A stretch of DNA of 64,000 bases, taken from contig OX638351.1 of the NCBI GenBank assembly GCA_951813565.1, forward strand, positions 256,001-320,000, written 5' to 3'. This document shows, piece by piece, positions 59,942 through 64,000 of the stretch. The notes under the pieces were generated by a model, which saw nothing but the letters and a program-made list of their open reading frames with translations, was not told the DNA's origin and did not search any database. A program made the translations under genes and the position numbers. The stretch is from an uncultured Poribacteria bacterium (lineage in GTDB: Bacteria; Poribacteria; WGA-4E; WGA-3G). Positions within the stretch are counted from its first letter, which is position 1. Each line of letters starts with the position of its first letter.

Positions 59942-60661
59942 TTAAATTACCCAGTATTTCCATAGGTCTTCCGGAATTTCGTATCTAATTTCTTCACGCT
60001 GTTTATGATGATAGCGTGCAAATATGCCGACGCGTGGAATATCTCTGATATTGCCAGAACCCGTATGGCACAGATATGCGTGCCATAGCACAACATCCCC
60101 TGCCGCGCCTATAAACTCTCGTGGTCCTTCTGGTGATGAATCTGAAAAAACATTCCAACCCCACCCTTCAATATCCCTAAAACTACCATCAACCTGTTCA
60201 GGATATTTGAGGAAGTATTCATGTGTTGTGTGATGGCTCTTGGGCCAAAAGACGAAAGCCCCACCGCCAGGTTCTACATCGTATAGATAGGTTGTTGCCC
60301 CCATCATAAACGGACTCCAACCGCCAGGGCCGTAGGCATCAATGTGTCCACTACCCGGCATAGACCATTCTGCATCCGGATTAGGCCATTTCACAAGTGG
60401 GGCACCGCCTCCACCTGCAAACTCACCGCCACCGAGTTGATTAATAATCGCTTGCATAGCAGGCAATTGTCCAAAGTTTGGAGAAAAACCGAAGTTTTCT
60501 ACCACGTAATTGTCAGGCCATGTCTCTGGAGTCTCCAAACTGGAATTGAAATGCTTCCAAATTTGTTCCCGCCACCCATCAATTACATCTGGATCGATCG
60601 AGTTTTCAAGGATAAGGTATCCGTTTTCTTGAAAAGATTCCACCTGTTTTGTTGTTAGCAT
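59942..60661 (-). CDS. Phytanoyl-CoA dioxygenase (PhyH) family protein
   Basis: FQENGYL, HID, PKSH, AGDVVLWH..CH.G..N...R. Confidence 0.9.
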   Translation of the reverse strand: MLTTKQVESFQENGYLILENSIDPDVIDGWREQIWKHFNSSLETPETWPDNYVVENFGFSPNFGQLPAMQAIINQLGGGEFAGGGGAPLVKWPNPDAEWSMPGSGHIDAYGPGGWSPFMMGATTYLYDVEPGGGAFVFWPKSHHTTHEYFLKYPEQVDGSFRDIEGWGWNVFSDSSPEGPREFIGAAGDVVLWHAYLCHTGSGNIRDIPRVGIFARYHHKQREEIRYEIPEDLWKYWVI

Positions 60662-60732
60662 ACAAGTTGCCTCTATTGTTAAATGTAGAAATCGGGATTA
60701 CAAATCCCTCCTACAGAAGAAGATACAAAAGT

Positions 60733-62037
60733 CTAACGCCGCGGTCGAAAAGAGGGAATGCCAGTTTTGTCAAACCTCTCTTTGACTGCTTTCATAAGTT
60801 CAGGCGTTATTTCGCGATAACCGTGTTCACGAGCGTATTTTTCAACACTCTTGACAACCATGCCACGTGCAAATGACGGAACGCGCTTTAATCTCGCTTC
60901 CGCCGCCTCATTCCACTGCAAATCGTAATCGGGTTCTGACGCGAAAGCAGTTCGTTTCTCAAGTTGAACAGGTTGTTGTCCTTGCTGCCTTGGTTGATAT
61001 TCACAAGACTCATCTGCGGCAAGGTAGTTGCCGGTAGTGGCATAAGCACGTGCTCTACATCCACCACACACCTCTCTAAATTCGCACGCACCACATTTAC
61101 CCTCAAGCATATCCCGATTTCGCAAGTCATGGAAAGTTTCCGATTCATTCCACAGTTTGACAAAACTCTGATCTTTGAGATTACCAACACTGACAGGTAG
61201 ATACGGACACGGCGTCAGTTCACCTTCGGGACTGATGCGACAATAATAGATACCGCAAGGACACGTACCACTCGGATAACCTTGCAGGAACGCTGAATCA
61301 GACTGCTGTTCATAGATAACGCGTTTGTAGTGTGGCGCGCATTTCGCAGCGATGAGCATCTTCCCGCTGTATTCTGCTTGTAGTTGGAACATTGTCTCAA
61401 GCATCTTTTCATATTGCGTTGGGGTAATGTCCATTACTGTTTTGCCTCTCCCAGTACGCACGAGAAAATAGAGGTTTAACACCTTCGCTCCCAACTGATA
61501 GGCAAATTCCACAATCTCAGGGATTTCATCGTAATTCCACTGCGTTACAGAGGTTTGGACGAGAAAATCAAGTTGTGCGCGCTTGAGTGCTTCAACACCG
61601 TTCATTGTCGCTTTCCACGCGCCTTCCATCCCACGAAATTTGTCGTGATCTGATGGTTGGATAGAGTCAATGCTTAACCCTGCCCCCGTAACACCGTTCT
61701 GTTGCATCTTCTCAACCACTTCGTCATTGAGTAAAACACCGTTTGTTCCCATCACAACAAGAAATCCTGTGTCTGAAGCGTATTTTGAAATCTCCAGAAT
61801 ATCGGGACGCAACAGCGGTTCACCACCCGTGAGTATCAGCAGAATATGTGGATTGATTTCGGCTATCTCATCAATGACACGGAAACACTCTGATTGGCTT
61901 AACTCTGTATCTCTATGATAACCTTGCGGGAACTCGTCTGTGTCAACAAATCCTGCAGGAAGATAGCAGTGCGTACATTTCAGATTGCACAATCGGGTGA
62001 TATTCCATGAGACTGCCTGAACTTTGGTTTTTTCCAT
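60733..62037 (-). CDS. Radical SAM/SPASM protein, AhbD/NirJ-like, with PCP_red-like tail
   Basis: CNLKCTHC, TGGEPLLR, TGRG, KCAPH, CPCG..CRI.PEG..PCPY, GKCGACEF..CGGCRARA. Confidence 0.85.
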   Translation of the reverse strand: MEKTKVQAVSWNITRLCNLKCTHCYLPAGFVDTDEFPQGYHRDTELSQSECFRVIDEIAEINPHILLILTGGEPLLRPDILEISKYASDTGFLVVMGTNGVLLNDEVVEKMQQNGVTGAGLSIDSIQPSDHDKFRGMEGAWKATMNGVEALKRAQLDFLVQTSVTQWNYDEIPEIVEFAYQLGAKVLNLYFLVRTGRGKTVMDITPTQYEKMLETMFQLQAEYSGKMLIAAKCAPHYKRVIYEQQSDSAFLQGYPSGTCPCGIYYCRISPEGELTPCPYLPVSVGNLKDQSFVKLWNESETFHDLRNRDMLEGKCGACEFREVCGGCRARAYATTGNYLAADESCEYQPRQQGQQPVQLEKRTAFASEPDYDLQWNEAAEARLKRVPSFARGMVVKSVEKYAREHGYREITPELMKAVKERFDKTGIPSFRPRR

Positions 62038-62306
62038 TTATTGTCAAACCTATAATTACGAATCTGATTGCCTCGGTTTTCAGATATTTACATTCCGCCC
62101 CTACGGGGCTAAAGACGTGAGACTACACCGTTCTATAAACATATTGTCCCTACGGGACTTTAAGGTATCTTACAATTGCCAATATACTGACGATCCCCGC
62201 CTTACAAACACTAAATCAAGCAATGCGCGGACGGCACGCGGAGCGTGCCTGCTACCATGTGTATACTTATTTTGGACGCCACCATAATTCTCAATAGCAA
62301 CGCGAA

Positions 62307-62765
62307 TTAATTTCTCAATAACAACGCAAACGCGAACACAATTAATCCTGAAAAAAGCGTTAAATGTCCAAAAACATTGATATGACGAGGAACGATAACT
62401 CTGCTATCTGGTTGTGCTGTCTCAAGGTACCGCCTATAGAATGAACTGTATAGTCCCCAAAAGAGTGCCATCAATCCGAATGCTGCTAACTTTGCAGCTG
62501 AATATATCATATACTCCGATTTTAATTCCATATTACTATTCCATGCAACGATAAAAATTACAATCCCGCCTGTTAATAAAAGCATGTTAATCATCAATCG
62601 TATCCAGTGGCGAAATCGATTGTGAATCTCTAATAGGTCTTGCGCTGGTAGATTTTGCCGAACAATTGGCATTGCAATCAAGGTTGAAAAAACAACACCT
62701 CCAAACCAGACTATCGCTGCAATAAGATGGAGACTTCGGAGGAAAAGTTCTACAAACGTTCGCAT
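62307..62765 (-). CDS. CopD-like four-helix membrane protein
   Basis: LHLIAAIVWFGG, LLTGG, K in helix 3. Confidence 0.7.
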   Translation of the reverse strand: MRTFVELFLRSLHLIAAIVWFGGVVFSTLIAMPIVRQNLPAQDLLEIHNRFRHWIRLMINMLLLTGGIVIFIVAWNSNMELKSEYMIYSAAKLAAFGLMALFWGLYSSFYRRYLETAQPDSRVIVPRHINVFGHLTLFSGLIVFAFALLLRN

Positions 62766-62807
62766 AGTTTGTTTTTTGCTGGATTTGCCTTACAATTAGG
62801 TATGGGA

Positions 62808-63126
62808 TTATACACCCCCACATTTCTCATAAAAGTTCACCCCAACACGTTCAATTTGCGCAACCATATCAGGATTTCCTATCTTGCTGAAAACGGATAG
62901 ATCAATCGTATAAGGTAAAAGCAGATCATCAAGATCAGTGTCAATTTTAGTGAATAAGTACGCTGTGCGTTAATCCCTCACCACAGACGGTTAGGTCAAT
63001 GTCGGATCCGTTTCTATAGGTGCTTGTAGCGCGTGAGCCGTCCAAAATCGCCTTTTCTACTTGTGGATACTGCTTGAAAACACCGTGTATTTTTTCAATA
63101 GTCTTGTCTGATAAGCCGTATTTCAT
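62808..63126 (-). pseudogene. MNT minimal nucleotidyltransferase antitoxin, frameshifted
   Basis: Manual translation MKYGLSDKTIEKIHGVF..GSRATSTYRNGSDIDL, shift near 62950, then DDLLLPYTIDL..IERVG. Confidence 0.85.
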
Positions 63127-63297
63127 AGCGACTCTTCTTGTTTTATGTGTTCTATTTTTGTCAATAACGTCTCAAAGTGCTTCTAAATCTGAAAGTTTTC
63201 GTTGTTTTGCGAGTTCCACTGCTTCTTTTAGTCGGGAAAACGCTTTTCGAAAACTATCAGCCTTCTGTGTCCAACGGATGTTTGGATGATTCATCAT
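63123..63297 (-). pseudogene. HEPN (HI0074-like) toxin, internally deleted
   Basis: MMNHPNIRWTQKADSFRKAFSRLKEAV..LSDLE joined out of frame to a short C-terminal piece whose stop overlaps the MNT ATG. Confidence 0.7.
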
Positions 63298-63342
63298 GAG
63301 CGATCTTTTTATTGGTCCCAAAAAATTGTGTTGAATAGGCTA

Positions 63343-64000
63343 TTACGAGCGTGCTTGCAAGTGCTCAAGTTGTTCTCGGAGTTGTGCGACTTCCGCTTCT
63401 GCTTTCTCTCGTGCTGCGGCTTCCTGTGCTGCGCGTGCTTCAGCGGTTTCCGCACGTGTTGTTTCCTTCTGTCGTTCAGTGGCTTCTTGTTCTGCACGTG
63501 CTTCAGCGGTTTCCGCCCGTGTTTTTACCCACTCACTCGCAACCGGATCATAGATACCTATTTCCTGATCCCTTATGCGGAAATCTAAGCCCAGAGACGA
63601 TGAACGAACACCACCATTTTCATCTGGTTGAACTTCTACATAGACACCATTAACTAACTCAAAACCTATCAGTTGTGATGGCAAATACAGCCCCTCCGCA
63701 TCATACAAGAAATAGTTCTGTATCTCAAGAGAGGCATAAATTTCCATCTTGTCTGTTAAGTCGTTTTGATATGTGTTTTTGCTGCTGAACTCCATCACAA
63801 ATTCTGGCACTTTCCCCTCTTCCCAGACCAAGTATGTCCGCCTTGCCTTCATTCCTATTCCGAAAGAGACAAGAACATCTGGAGATATAGACTTATTAGG
63901 TGAACCTTCTACATAATACATCAGAATATCACCAGAGATATAGACAGATGGGTTATGTGAGAAATGTGCCCCAAGTGCTTCTAATGTCCAAAACAACTGA
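63343..64000 (-). CDS. Uma2 family protein with coiled-coil tail (5' end beyond window)
   Basis: ISPDVLV, WEEGKVPEFVMEFSS, YFLYD, AETAEARA repeats. Confidence 0.88.
   Translation of the reverse strand, partial: QLFWTLEALGAHFSHNPSVYISGDILMYYVEGSPNKSISPDVLVSFGIGMKARRTYLVWEEGKVPEFVMEFSSKNTYQNDLTDKMEIYASLEIQNYFLYDAEGLYLPSQLIGFELVNGVYVEVQPDENGGVRSSSLGLDFRIRDQEIGIYDPVASEWVKTRAETAEARAEQEATERQKETTRAETAEARAAQEAAAREKAEAEVAQLREQLEHLQARS

Noticed and set aside
63370..63520. AETAEARA repeats in the Uma2 tail
   Set aside because: Common coiled-coil tail of this Uma2 subfamily.
1..64000. tRNA, rRNA, riboswitch or T-box
   Set aside because: None recognised by eye; only 60 nt precede the IleRS-like gene. 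A covariance-model scan would be needed to exclude small RNAs.

Overview
AT-rich bacterial chromosome segment. The protein repertoire (FlgD-like C-terminal domain remnant, TPR-LamG protein, PhyH, Uma2, sulfatase, NACHT) suggests Candidatus Poribacteria; this is an inference. Contents: housekeeping run yggS-proC-yggT-'ileS'-lspA-fmt-PASTA-rpe-rsmE-mtaB; metabolic genes (sulfatase, FAH, SDR, dppA, moeA, acs); a sulfur-assimilation operon (Rrf2-cysK-cysH-sulfur carrier-JAMM/NIL); a small defence-type insert (NACHT plus decayed DNA methyltransferase); IS1634, IS982 and IS4 elements; several pseudogenes; and intergenic regions crowded with nested MITEs and GTAG-type REP hairpins. Top observations: (1) the ORF at the ileS position is an uninterrupted 867-aa IleRS homologue lacking all aminoacylation and editing motifs; (2) a family of ~34-nt AATCAAC-hairpin micro-insertions lands inside REP palindromes without target duplication; (3) a rhodanese has an in-frame TGA at its catalytic Cys (probable selenoprotein); (4) a C-terminally capped sulfur carrier sits beside a JAMM-NIL fusion; (5) the NACHT gene carries a 12-nt coding minisatellite. 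No rRNA, tRNA or CRISPR array was seen. All family calls come from motif recognition, not database searches.
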